From Bugula neritina (lineage: Eukaryota > Animalia > Bryozoa): DNA of 64,000 nucleotides. The stretch is from the NCBI GenBank assembly GCA_964035545.1, contig OZ037767.1:6898707-6962706 (forward strand). Reading direction: 5' to 3'. Below are positions 1 through 12,800 of the stretch, one piece after another (position 1 is the stretch's first letter; each line of letters starts with the position of its first letter). The notes under the pieces are model-generated. The model was not told the DNA's origin. It searched no databases and worked only from the letters and a program-made list of their open reading frames with translations. Position numbers and translations under genes: made by a program.

Positions 1-2269
1 GTATAAAAACAAATTTAAGAGCAACTCAAGTGAATGGCACGAACTTTATCTCAACCAGAAGAAAAAGTTTAATATGAAAAAGTAATGGATTAAAGGAAAT
101 TGAAATAATTTTAATGAAACATGCAAGCTTTGTAAATTTGTGAGTTACTCAATATGAATTTGAAAACTTATCTGAAAGTAAAATAATTGTCAACCCACAT
201 GAAAAGTAAAAAACAGATCCCCTTTTTCCAAGTGACCGAGCACTACTGCAAGAGCTGAAAGAAAAGTCAAGAGGTCAACGTAGCAGTGAAAACCAATGAC
301 AATGTAGAGGACAGCCATAATTAAAACATTCCATACAGCAAGAACAATAGGGACAGTACCAACAGATATCAAACAGATCAGAAACTTCAAGACAAACATT
401 GAACCAGATACAGTGGAGTAACTATATGAATTATCTTTTGAACAAAACCAGATAATCAATTTCTTCAACAGGCAGGTAAAAATTCTGAACCACGAGGCTC
501 GGCCATTGCTACTACAGATACCACGTGGGTAACAGGTGATTCAAATTTGAAATTTAATTCAATTCCTGACATACGAAACTTGACTATGGGAATCACACTT
601 CCAGAAGCTACTAACACTTCAGCAGATATTCCTTTAAGGTTGGATCCTCCGTGTACGGAGTCCAACCAATCTACTATTGACTGGTCTTTACTAGATTCTT
701 TAGAATCTAACTTGGAACCTGAGACCGAGATGGATCTCGGAGACGACCCTGTCCATGACTTCTTGTTAGATCGAGACGTGGGCTCGGTTACTCTGTGACC
801 CATTTCGGCCCCCAGTTTGTAACCTAGCTCCTTACAAGCGCATGCCGAATTTCGGCGATAGCGAGATCGGCTTGCCACAGCCTCTCCTATCTGTTTTAAG
901 GAGACAGTGTGGATGTTGAGGAGGTTGAAGCGAGTTGTATCTACTTCCCTCCCCCACCGGCCCCTGTTCCGGCTCCTAGCAGCCAGCAGGGCGCCACTCT
1001 TCCCGCAGCGCCAATGGCCCTGACTCTAATCCGGTAGAGCTTCAGCTCACCGCCGGGGAGGAGCAAGGCATACTGCTCGGCGAGGACCCCGCAGACAGAG
1101 AGAAGGACAACTCCCCAATACTGGCTCTACCTCTACCTCACTCTAATATTTCTCTTTGTGGATGTATATATATCCACTGACTGAGAAGAGGTAGAAGAGA
1201 GAAGATATAGAAGAGAGCAGCTGAAAAGTGAGACGAAGACTTCCAAACCACACAACCCCAGAATACCTGTTCCTGCAGAAACTTACACAAGAATAAGATA
1301 ATCTATTGATCCTTTATATGTAATATTACATTTAATATCATCAACGCAAAGCCAAGCGAGTAGATAATTATTGTAGGTATAATAAAAATTACTTGAAATA
1401 GTTATAAAAAAATTGAGAAGGCAACTATATTTGGTCCCAACATTCAATCTTACCAATATGTATAGTGGTTTTTACATTGAGATATAAGGTGTTTTTTTAC
1501 GTTTATGAAAATATTTAACAAAGGCTCAGTCAGTTGTATCTACCACCTAGCATAAAAAAGCTATTTTATGTGAAATTATTCAAAAAAATGAGGGGTGTAG
1601 TGAAAAGCAAAACAAAAGAAAAAACAACACTACAACAGGCGGAAGATCAGCCACAGTGTCATCAAAATGTATGCAAGTTTGTACACTACTTTAATAAACA
1701 TGCTCAGGAGTCCCTAGTTGGAAATTCCAATGAAAAAATTCAAGAATATAATTTTACACACCATCAAACTTTGCCACAAGTAATGCTTCTGGGTTGTGCA
1801 ATGCCATGATCAGGAAATATCCAAGGCTAAAAATCAGCAGTATCAAAACTTTGTATGAGTTTACAAGAAATGATGTACGAAATGTCAGAAGAACTTGGAA
1901 TAAAAAATATTTCATTAGATTCTTCAAAAGACGCAATTAGATTCAATTACAATAATTATTAAAAAATGCATACAGTTTACATGATAAAGTGATGAATTTG
2001 ATGAGTCAAGCTATAAAGCAGAAGTTTCAAATAAACAACAGCGAGAATCAGATTTCTAAACTTGACTTTCCAGCAAGGTATGAAGCTGCAGAATCAACAG
2101 AACAACTCTCAAAGATGGGCGCTCACTTGAAGTATTGTAGGGCTAAGCATGCTATTACTGATAAGCAGTGCTTGGCATGTTTGCCTGCCGCTATGGTACA
2201 TAGCGCTATATTGCGCATAGAACTACCCCGAGGAACTAACATAATTAACCATACGCATCATCTTTCTTA

Positions 2270-2298
2270 TAATATATATATATATATATATAAATATA

Positions 2299-2346
<48 letters not shown>

Positions 2347-2372
2347 TATATATGTATATATATATATATAAT
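2270..2372. repeat. (TA)n microsatellite
   Basis: Direct inspection; similar tracts at 21290-21440 and 39640-39761, and (GT)n at 27385-27415. Confidence 0.95.
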
Positions 2373-3834
2373 AAAAATGATTCGTATTGTAAATGATGTT
2401 AGTTCCTAGGGACTTGCAATTAGTCTGATATAAAAATTGGTCAACTTGAAAATAAGTTAACACAAATGCCAAAGCAAAGTTAATCCAGCATAATATTGAT
2501 TAATAGCATGGCTTATCAACAGTTCAATTTGCAGTACATCTTAGTCAGGTTTGTAGGGTCAAAGGTTTCAGCTTTTTTCCAATCTATTAGGATTCATATG
2601 ATATATTTTTAGAGAAAAAAAGGAAGACAAATGGGCCTTTGATTGATTAAATTTTGCCAAAGAAATGCTAGTGTGTTGACCAGCAGACATCTTTTCTGTC
2701 AGCTGTAGCGCCAGGAAATATTTAGCTTTTTTTGTAAGATTTGGAAAAAAAACCAATATATTAACATGTTCATATGTGTCATACCAATAGTTATGCTGGT
2801 GTGTTTATAGCAATCGCAACATCCACCATTGAAAGTGATGGCAGCCGACCTGAACATATCCTTGATCGGAAAAGATGGAGATAGCCTGTGAAAAGTAGCC
2901 CAGATATTAGCTGACATTGGGAGAGCGTAGGAAACTTGAGTCTTACAACATTTGATGCCAGCAACCAGGACCAGTCAAATGAGATGGTAGGCTACTAAAC
3001 CAAACTCCTTAATAAAAATGAGCCAGGAGAGTATTGAAAGGTAGCGAAATAACTTTTTTCATTTAAAATGATGGTAAACTCTGGTGTATGAAATGTTGAA
3101 GTTTATGTAACTTTAATTTTATTATGAAACTTTTACAATATTAGCAAGCACGTTAATAAAAAAGAGCTAAACTTTTAGACTAAGAAATGTCAATTTTCAT
3201 TCATATCTAGGTGCGGATTAAGTAATTATTTAAAAATTGACAAACATATTGACAAAATAACATCTAAAGCAGTTGTGCTAGGAATGCTGACTTGGGTGTT
3301 GAAAACTGCCGACACTAAGGCCAGATTGGTGGCCTATAAGACTCTGGTGTATTCAAAATCTTGAGCATGCATGCAAGGTCTGGGATCCTCACCCGGTGTA
3401 ATAGGGAGCACTGCAAGCTACTCTGCCCATTTTTATGACACTAGACAGCAAAAAGTCCTTTTCACTGCCATCTAAAAGATCATTGAGTTACTTTCACTCA
3501 TTTGGGCCCAAAATCATCACAGAAATAAGGGGTGACTGAATTTTCTTTCAAGAATGAGCAAAAATAAAATACAAAAAAAATTAATTCAACAAAAATGATG
3601 TAGATAAGTTGCAGTGTTTTGAAAAAAGGAAAAAAGAACTAGAAGAGAGGAGAAAAGGAAAGGAGGGGAGCAAAGAAAAAAACAAGTTGTATATACAAAT
3701 ATATTAAATTGAAGAGCTCCTGCACAATATGTCCCTGTTAAGAGGCACTCAACAGGAATAATTATTGATTTAAGCTGATCTGGATGATTAACACGAACAC
3801 TTACTCATTACTTCAACTATTGAAGATGCCCAAT

Positions 3835-4240
3835 GCCAATGCTAATGCAAAAGATCTCAGCACTGGGACTTATAGTTATATCGGTACTACTAAAAGTAAA
3901 TCTAATACACTTACTAGTTACTATTACTATTAGTCTTACAGTTACAGTAATAGTAATACTAATACTTATACTAATAGTAATACTAATATATTTACAATTA
4001 CTATCAGTATCAGTATCACTATTAGTATTACTATTAGTGACTATTACTATTACACTTACAGTATGGTATGTTCTTCCTGTTTCTGTTTGCACACGGAGCT
4101 AATGGAATGATTCATGGAGTTGACTCACAGCCAGTCTGAGTATCAGTATCAATACGAGTATGACTATGAGTATGAGTATTACTCATATTACTATTACTAT
4201 TAGTGTTACCATAAGTAATAAATATAAGTACAACTATTGA
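3835..4240. repeat. Degenerate TAG/TAC/ACT tri/hexanucleotide repeat
   Basis: Cryptic periodic low-complexity tract that produces spurious I/T/V/S-rich ORFs. Confidence 0.75.
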
Positions 4241-4393
4241 TATTAAAAAAATTAAATATGATGATGATCTAAATCACTACCAAGTTATGCGTAAAGCGGA
4301 GCAACAACACTGCAAGTGACAACCTGCAAGCAAAAGAGTGAAAGGAATAAATCATTGAATAATAACCACGCTGCCTCCAAACCACGCTAGCAA

Positions 4394-4554
4394 TTGTTGA
4401 ATAGTTCTATAAGCAGCTTAGAGTTGGTGGTGAGTGAGTGCAGAAGTTTGGGGGTCTCGAGTTTGGAGTTGGTGCGTAACTCCAAACGTTAGACCCCCAA
4501 ACCTCTGCTCTCATTCACCACCAACTTAGAGCTGCTTATAAAATAACTCAACAA
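4394..4554. repeat. ~160-bp hairpin (small foldback MITE-like)
   Basis: TATAAGCAGC..GAGTTGGTGGTGA..GTTTGGGGGTCT..GTTTGGAGTT is mirrored by AACTCCAAAC..AGACCCCCAAAC..TCACCACCAACT..GCTGCTTATA. Confidence 0.8.
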
Positions 4555-4806
4555 ACTCGTGTTACCGCGCACAATTCCGGTCTAGAACAGAATCACCGGC
4601 TTTCCATGTACCGATCTCAGCGAGATCGATCCATGGAAAGACGCCAAAGATCGATCTCCGTCGATCTGAGCTGGTCGGTCTGTGGAGCTCGAACTCAGAT
4701 CGATCTCATGTCAATAAGACCATGGAAAGACGCCAGATCGATCTGAAAAGTAGAAAAAGACTGCGCGCTACAATGTTGTCTGCTAATAAAAATGATAACT
4801 TATTAA

Positions 4807-5244
4807 CAGTGTGGTATATTTAAGAGTGTTGCCATTAGCAAATCTTACGGAATCATATGGGCGCCATTATGCCGAGATTGGTACCGCGAGTTTATATAAG
4901 TTATAAAGGAAAAATTTTGCCACTTTTGTTATTTTATTTTTTTTCTATTTTATGTGTACATTTTTTTAAATTTTGTTTATTGGTAAAGTTTTGAAACACA
5001 TTTTTAATGCACATAAAATTAAAAGAAAAATTAAAACTCAATCATGCACATAAATACAAAGCTATAAAGTTAAAGCTTCGCTGTGATTACAATGTGAATA
5101 TGAATTGAATAATGCTTGCAATAACCATTATACACAAAATACGTTACAGTTGCTATAAATGTAAGACTAGTTAATTGGATGCAAATAGGCACGGTAATAC
5201 TATTTAATTTATGCTATTTTTGAATTTTGTAGTAAATATTTGGC

Positions 5245-5280
<36 letters not shown>

Positions 5281-5322
5281 ATATATTATTATATATATAT
5301 AATAATATAATGTAGTGTGTTC

Positions 5323-5370
<48 letters not shown>

Positions 5371-5415
5371 GAACACACTACATTATATTATTATTATATA
5401 TATATAATAATATAT

Positions 5416-5467
<52 letters not shown>

Positions 5468-5520
5468 ATATATTATTATATATTATTATATATATAATAA
5501 TAATATAATGTAGTGTGTTC

Positions 5521-5556
<36 letters not shown>

Positions 5557-5644
5557 TTACGAGCTAGCAATTTGATTTACTTTACCTAATAAAGTAAAAA
5601 AAAAACAACAATGTTTCTCGTATACCTATTTATATATATATATA

Positions 5645-5729
<85 letters not shown>

Positions 5730-6035
5730 TATATATATATTATTATATATATATAATATATAATATTATTATATGTATATATATATATTATATATAATAT
5801 CATTATATATATATAATATATAATATTATTATATGTATATATATATATATTATATATAATGTCATTATATATATATAATGTATATAATTTAATATATAAT
5901 ATAATAATTTATTATATATGATATTATTATATATATAATATATAATATAATAATATATTTTATATATTATATATGATATTATTATATATATATAATATAT
6001 ATATAATATATATATAATATAATATATAATATAAT

Positions 6036-6101
<66 letters not shown>

Positions 6102-6402
6102 ATTATATATATAATATATAATATTATTATATGTATATATATATATTATATATAATATCATTATATATATATAATATATAATATTATTATATGTATATAT
6201 ATATATATTATATATAATATCATTATATATATATAATGTATATAATTTAATATATAATATAATAATATATTATATATGATATTATTATATATATAATATA
6301 ATATATAATATAATAATATATTTTATATATTATATATGATATTATTATATATATATAATATATATATAATATATATAATATAATATATAATATAATATTA
6401 TA

Positions 6403-6433
<31 letters not shown>

Positions 6434-7392
6434 GATATTATTATATATATATAATATATAATATAATAATGTATAATATATTATTATAATATATATATAT
6501 CATATATAATATAATATATAATATAATAATATATTATATATGATATTATATATATAATATATATATAATATAATATCTAATATAATAATATATAATATAT
6601 TATTATAATATATATATATATATATTATATATAATATTATTATACTTGTATAATATATATATAATATAATATATAATAATATATAATATATTATTATAAT
6701 ATATTTATATTATAAATAGTATAATATAATAATATATTTTATATGATATTATATATTTAATATATATTATATATATATAATATAGTATATAATATAATAA
6801 TATATTATATTATATAATATATTATTATAATATATATATTATATATAATATTATTATACTTATATAATATATATATAATATAACAATATATAATATAAAA
6901 ATATATAATATATTATTATAATATATATATATATATATATGTATGTATATATATATATATATAATACATGCCGAATATTTACTACAAATTTCAAAAATAG
7001 CATAAATTAAATAGTATTACCGTGCCTATTTGCATCCAATTTACTAGTCTTACATTTATAGCAACTGTAACGTATTTTGTGTAAAATGGTTATTGCAAGC
7101 ATTATTCAATTCATATTCACATTGTAATCACAGCGAAGCTTAAACTTTATAGCTTTGTATTTACGTGCATGATTAAGTTTTAATTTTTTTTTAAATTTTA
7201 TATGTATTGAAAATATGTTTAAAAACTTTAGCAATAAACAAAACTAAAAAAAATGCACACATAATATAAAAAAAAAAATAAAATCACAAAAGTGGCAAAA
7301 TTTTTCCTTTATAACTTATATAAACTCGCGGTACCATTGCGACATAATGATTTTTCATGGTTTAAAGTCAACACTCTTAATATACCACACTG
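4807..7392. mobile_element. Large foldback element: ~440-bp inverted arms around a ~1.7-kb (TA)n-rich core
   Basis: 4807-5250 is the diverged reverse complement of ~6965-7392 (CAGTGTGGTATAT...ATATACCACACTG); the interior is low-complexity AT repeat. Confidence 0.85.
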
Positions 7393-8548
7393 CTTATTAA
7401 TAATTACTAAGCAAAGTATTAAATAATTATGATAGCCACCTTTTCAGATGCCAAAATATTGACTTTCAGTACAATGATTAAGAAAACTCAATTATATGCA
7501 GTAGAAAGTAAAAAAAATGGGAGAATTTAAATTGAATTTAAATGACTATTAAAACTTAGTTTCATTAGCTATTTTCTTTGTAATTTTAAGCCCAACAGTC
7601 CGTAAGTTTATTAATAATCTGCAAGGCAGCCATTAATTTTATATAAGCTGTCAAGCTCAAAAATTAAAATTATTTATTTTAAATTGGCCAAATTACCATT
7701 CACTGAAAGCTTTGCTGCGTATAGTTTATAGCTGGGATTAAATTTTAGACTACGACCATCTTGTTTTCAACAGTAGTAGCTTTAATCACTCAACTAGGTG
7801 AACAAATTATACTTGTAAAGTATCCTTCACTTAAGAGGAGGCAACTTCGCGAGATCGATCTGACACTCTCATGGAAAAACGATCAATGTTATATTAACCT
7901 TTGCCCTTTATATTGGATGGCAATGAATCGGATTGTATATAATTTTCTATAATGAACAGCATTAGTTATCCAAAGGGTAAGAGGGCATAATATTATAAAC
8001 ATCATTATTTTTGATCAGTTGATCCAACTAAAGGGCCAAAGGGTTGTACACACTGCACTAGAAATAACGTTATTATTTTCCAGTTCATTGGTTGTAAAAC
8101 TAAACAGTTAATAGCTACGGTATTGATCAACTATTAGTTGATTTTATTATACTTTATTAAAATATTCTTATATTCATATAAAAGAAGGCAACTATGCAAG
8201 ATTGAACTGAAGATGTAAGTATAGCACTGGAAGACGGAAGTGGCAATTGTTTTAAAACCTATTAGTATTATATAAAAACAATATGTATTAGTGCAAAATT
8301 TGTGGAAATTTAGTTCGTAAAATTTATTAGTATTATAGTTTTAGCGGTATGGGGTGATTTCTTTATTAAGTTGAGGTTTTATTCATTTAATGTACTCATG
8401 TGGAGAGCTTCGGATAATTTTCAATGGTGGATTCCTTTAAATGACTTTTCACTAATCCATACTGCTTTTATATACATATATTTATATTTTTTCAACTCTT
8501 ATTTGTTTTTATGCAATAAATTCAGTATAATTTTTACTCATGTAATAT

Positions 8549-8853
8549 TGTGGTGGTTCGTGGAACTACCAGCAGCACAACATGTAGGGTCGCGTAATTG
8601 ACCCGGAACAATGAATAGCCAATTAGCGTAGTTGATAGTTAGCAGCAATTGTAGTTTCCCGCTGCTAACTCAGTCGAAGCTAGAGTGTGAAATAGATTAG
8701 ATGTGTAACTTGTTTGGAAATAATGTATCGTTTTTGTAATGTATAATTGTGTGTAAAATATACTCGTTCACTCGACTTATCCTGGTGCAGTTCTATAGTA
8801 AATAAATAGACTCTCTGGATAGCACATCAACCCCAAATCTGAAAACTATAACA
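8549..8853 (+). repeat. 5' LTR of Gypsy element
   Basis: TGTGGTGG...TATAACA; identical by eye to 15748-16052 except C8846 vs T16045; contains AATAAA near 8801. Confidence 0.97.
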
Positions 8854-8854
8854 G

Positions 8855-8872
8855 TGGTGGCAGCGGTGGGAT
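8855..8872 (+). promoter_or_regulatory. Primer-binding site complementary to the tRNA-Leu 3' end
   Basis: TGGTGGCAGCGGTGGGAT, 1 nt after the LTR, is the reverse complement of ATCCCACCGCTGCCA+CCA, the 3' end of metazoan tRNA-Leu(AAG/TAG). Confidence 0.88.
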
Positions 8873-8884
8873 AGTGCATCCAAG

Positions 8885-9838
8885 ATGGAGACTGAAAATG
8901 CTGGAACTCAACCACCGGCAATCGAAGGTGAGCGTAGAGACAATGCTGTAGAGACAATGCCTGTTAACCATGTAGTAGAAGAGCGAAGGGTTCCGCGAGA
9001 ACTAGCTGAGGACCGCTACAGGTTAAAGGCGCCCACCTTCACGGGTGAAGAGGAGGTGGAACAATTTATCCAAGAGTTTAGCGACGTAATGGACGTCGCT
9101 CAGTGGCCCCCTAGGGTGGCCTTGCTGAAGCTTAGAATGGCATTGATGGACAAAGCCAAGCCCTATGGGCTGGGCGTAGACATTGATAATATCTTTGCTT
9201 CTCTGCGGGCCCGCTTTGGCCTCTCTGCTACAGATGCCAGGGCCCGATTGCAGAGGTTGCGGCGTGATCCCCGCACCCCGCTGCGGGAGCATGCCGCCGC
9301 GGTCATGAAGCTGGCACAGATCGCGTACGGCGACTTGCCCCCAGTCAACCGCGAGAGGTACACCCTCGACGCTTTCATAGCATCTGTCGACGATCTGGGT
9401 CTCCACCACCAGTTTCTAGCTAGGGGAGTCACCACCGTTGAAGATGCTCTGACTGAGGGGGAAGCTTACCTCCTAGCTAATCAAATGCATAAAAGTCGCG
9501 GAAGCTCCCGCCAAGTGGAGATAGACCGCGCAGACACGGCCGCGGGACAAGGGGAGGAAACCCCCGCCGCGGCTGCCGTGTCCCAGTTGGCGACGGCATC
9601 AAAAGTCACTCAACTGACGGACATGCTAGCCAAGCTGATAGCAACACTGACACCACAAAACCCAGTGAGTACCGCCCCTGAGCCCATGCGGCCATCGGCG
9701 CCGCCACAGGGAGAAACAGTCAGTTTTTGCTGGGAGTGCGGAAATCAAGGACATTTCCGCCGTTATTGTCCCTTCCTAAACCAGGGGTTAAACTACCGCG
9801 GCCTGCAGATGTTCCCACCTTCCGCGGGCCGACGATGA
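8885..9838 (+). CDS. gag: Gag (capsid-like domain plus CCHC zinc knuckle)
   Basis: 317-aa ORF after the PBS; LKAPTFTGEEEVEQFI capsid-start motif; CWECGNQGHFRRYC knuckle. Confidence 0.93.
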   Translation: METENAGTQPPAIEGERRDNAVETMPVNHVVEERRVPRELAEDRYRLKAPTFTGEEEVEQFIQEFSDVMDVAQWPPRVALLKLRMALMDKAKPYGLGVDIDNIFASLRARFGLSATDARARLQRLRRDPRTPLREHAAAVMKLAQIAYGDLPPVNRERYTLDAFIASVDDLGLHHQFLARGVTTVEDALTEGEAYLLANQMHKSRGSSRQVEIDRADTAAGQGEETPAAAAVSQLATASKVTQLTDMLAKLIATLTPQNPVSTAPEPMRPSAPPQGETVSFCWECGNQGHFRRYCPFLNQGLNYRGLQMFPPSAGRR

Positions 9839-12800
9839 AACCTCCAGGGAAGAAGAAACGCAGGTCACCCAGACGGGTACCGCGTACTGGCAACCAACAG
9901 TGGCAACAGCCACGACGGACCAGCAAGGGGCTTCGCCCCGCGGCTGCCTTTTCTATGCCCCTTCACAACAGATTCACAGGGCTACAAGTCCAAGAATCTG
10001 GATGGGAGCACACAAAGGTAGCTGAGAATCTAGCCTCGGCACCCCCGAGGCCTACCTACCACCGCCCTAAGAGACCTCCTTCGCGACCCAAAGCGAGGGA
10101 GGTACTCCCTGCGAGAGTAAGGCCTGAAGGGAGAGTTCAGGTGCAGCCCCATGGGAACAGCTATTTCTTGCCCGGTAAACTGGAAGGCAAAGCTGTTACT
10201 TTCCTCATTGATTCGGGCTGTACCACAAACCTCTTAAGCCGCCAACTCTTCGACACCCTCAGTGCTAGGGTCAGGGGCGAGATGGAAGCATACGAAGGGG
10301 AATATGGCACCCTAGCTGACGGGTCGTGCCTTCCCTTCTATGGTATAATTGAGCTGACGGGACAAGTCCGTGATCAAACGATCCAAGAGACGTTCATCGT
10401 CAGTCAGCTCAAGGAGGATGCTATCCTCGGGATGCCGTTCCTTAAACGGCACGGATGTCACATAGATTTTAGCAGATCTGCAATGATGATGTCCGGGCGG
10501 GAACTCGCCTGCGTCGACAAGTTCGGCCGCCCTTTAGTGGGAGGTGTGCAAGTGGTACGCAACCGTATCATACCAGGCCGCTCCCGGGCTACCATTCACT
10601 GCAGGGTGAATAGTAGCCGGATCTCTGGACTCGGTGTGGTTGAAGGCGCGCACGAAAAGATCCAACTTGCCAGCAGTCTGAATCAGCTGACTGAGCAAGG
10701 GGAGATCTTAGTGCAGTGCGTCAACCCCTTTACCGAGCCTATCAAGCTCCCGGCTGGGTCGATGCTGGGCCGTTTTCACTCTGTTCAGGAGGGAGACGTA
10801 GGCCCGTCGCTGGGTGATGCAACAGAGGCACTCCCTCAGTGCCCTATTCAGGGACGAGGGGCAGTCCCAACACATCTCCGGGAGTTATACGAAACAGCCA
10901 GTGGCGGCTGCGCGAGTAACAGAGAACGCCAAGCTATGGCTAAGTTACTACGCGACTACGGTGATGTGTTCAGCAGCGGAGAGCATGACGTGGGACTGAC
11001 TGGAATTGTCAGACACGAAATACCGCTGACTGCAGGGACAGTCCCTGTCCGGCAGCCCACACGCAGGCTGGGGCCGGAGAAAGAGAAGGAGGTTAGCCGA
11101 CAAGTACGGGATCTTTTGGACCGGGGACTGATAGAGCCCGCCCACAGTGCGTGGAGCTCGCCAGTCGTACTGGTCCGGAAGAAAGACGGCAGTTGGCGGT
11201 TCTGTGTGGACTACCGCAAACTCAATAGCGTAATCATACAGGACGCCTACCCTCTACCTCGTATTGACGAGTCATTGGACGCCCTAGCCGGCAGCAAGTA
11301 CTTCAGTACGTTAGACTTGTTAAGCGGCTATTGGCAGGTTCCTCTGAGTCCCGACGCCCAAGAGAAAGCGGCGTTTATCACAAGGGACGGTTTGTGGAAG
11401 TGGAAGGTGCTGCCCTTCGGGTTAACCTCCGCCCCAGCCACCTTCCAGAGGCTGATGGAACAAGTCCTTAGCGGACTCCATTGGAAGACACTGCTGGTCT
11501 ACCTCGATGATGTCATCGTAATCTCTCCAGACTTCGAGACACATGTCAGTCGTCTGCAGGAGGTTTTCGAGAGACTCCGAGGTGCCGGTCTTAAGCTCAA
11601 ACCTTCCAAGTGCGCTCTATTGCAGCCGGAGGTCAAGTACCTGGGGCACGTTGTCGGTCGAAACGGCGTGGCAACGGATCCCGAAAAGGTACGGGCAGTA
11701 GAAGACTGGGTCACCCCCCAAGACTTGACCGGACTCCGGGCTTTCTTGGGGCTGGTAGGGTATTACAGGCAATACATACCAGACTTTGCGGGCATAGCCC
11801 AGCCGTTAAACCGGCTCACCGCAAAGGGAGTGACGTGGCAGTGGACTCCAGTCGAACAAGAAGCGTTCGACCGCCTCAAGGGCTGCCTACTAACGGCGCC
11901 CATCTTGGCCTACCCAGACCCCACTCTGGAGTACATCCTAGACACAGACGCCAGTGACCAGAATGTTGGCGCTGTGCTGTCACAAGTGCAGGAAGGCCGA
12001 GAGGTAGTAGTAGCCTACTACAGCAAGTCTCTCTCACCCGCTGAACGAAATTACTGCACTACCCGCAAGGAGCTGCTGGCAGTAATCAAGTCAGTGAAGC
12101 ACTTCAGACCATACCTATATGGCAGGAAGTTCCGGCTGCGTACGGATCATGCCTCGCTGATCTGGTTGTGCAGGAGAGCAGAGCCCTCTAGTCAGGTCGC
12201 CCGGTGGCTCGAAATCCTAGCTGAATTCTCATACCGGATCGAACATCGACCGGGCAAGAGACACAGCAATGCGGATGGGTTGAGTCGCCGACCTGACAGA
12301 GGTTGCAAACAGTGTCTCAACATCGAGAGGAGGGATGGAGGTCCCCCGCGATGCGAGTTGGAGATGCTGGCTCACCACGGAGCACCGTTTGACTGGGACC
12401 AAGGTCAACTCAGACAAAGAGTTGATGAGTCCCCGGAGGATGTACAAAACCTCCGCGCCAACCCTGTACTGGCCGGTAATGTTCGAGAGCTGAAGAAGCT
12501 CCAAGAAGAGCTGCCTGGAGTCGTGGCAGACATATACCGGGCCAAAAGGGAAGGGCGACGACCCAGCGAGGAACGCATACGACAGGGATGCGCCGAGTTC
12601 CGGCTATACTGTCAGCGTTGGGACTCGCTGCGGATCGGGCAGGATGGGTTACTAACCATCTCTCTAGCTGCCAGCGGCAGACACCCGGAAAGGAAGAGGG
12701 TAGTCTGTCCCACGGCCATCCGCCGTGAGTTGATTTGGGATACTCACAAACAGGCCCACGCAGGGGTCAAGAGAGTGATATCCAAATTACGACTCCGGTG

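Noticed and set aside
190-1260. GC-richer segment with ORFs 190-468, 465-878 and 547-798
   Set aside because: Looks like decayed coding or transposon sequence with stops in the frames read; no recognisable motif, so it is left unassigned.
1989-5508. ORFs rich in YI/IY or I/T/V/S runs (also 21270-21512)
   Set aside because: Products of (TA)n and trinucleotide low-complexity repeats.
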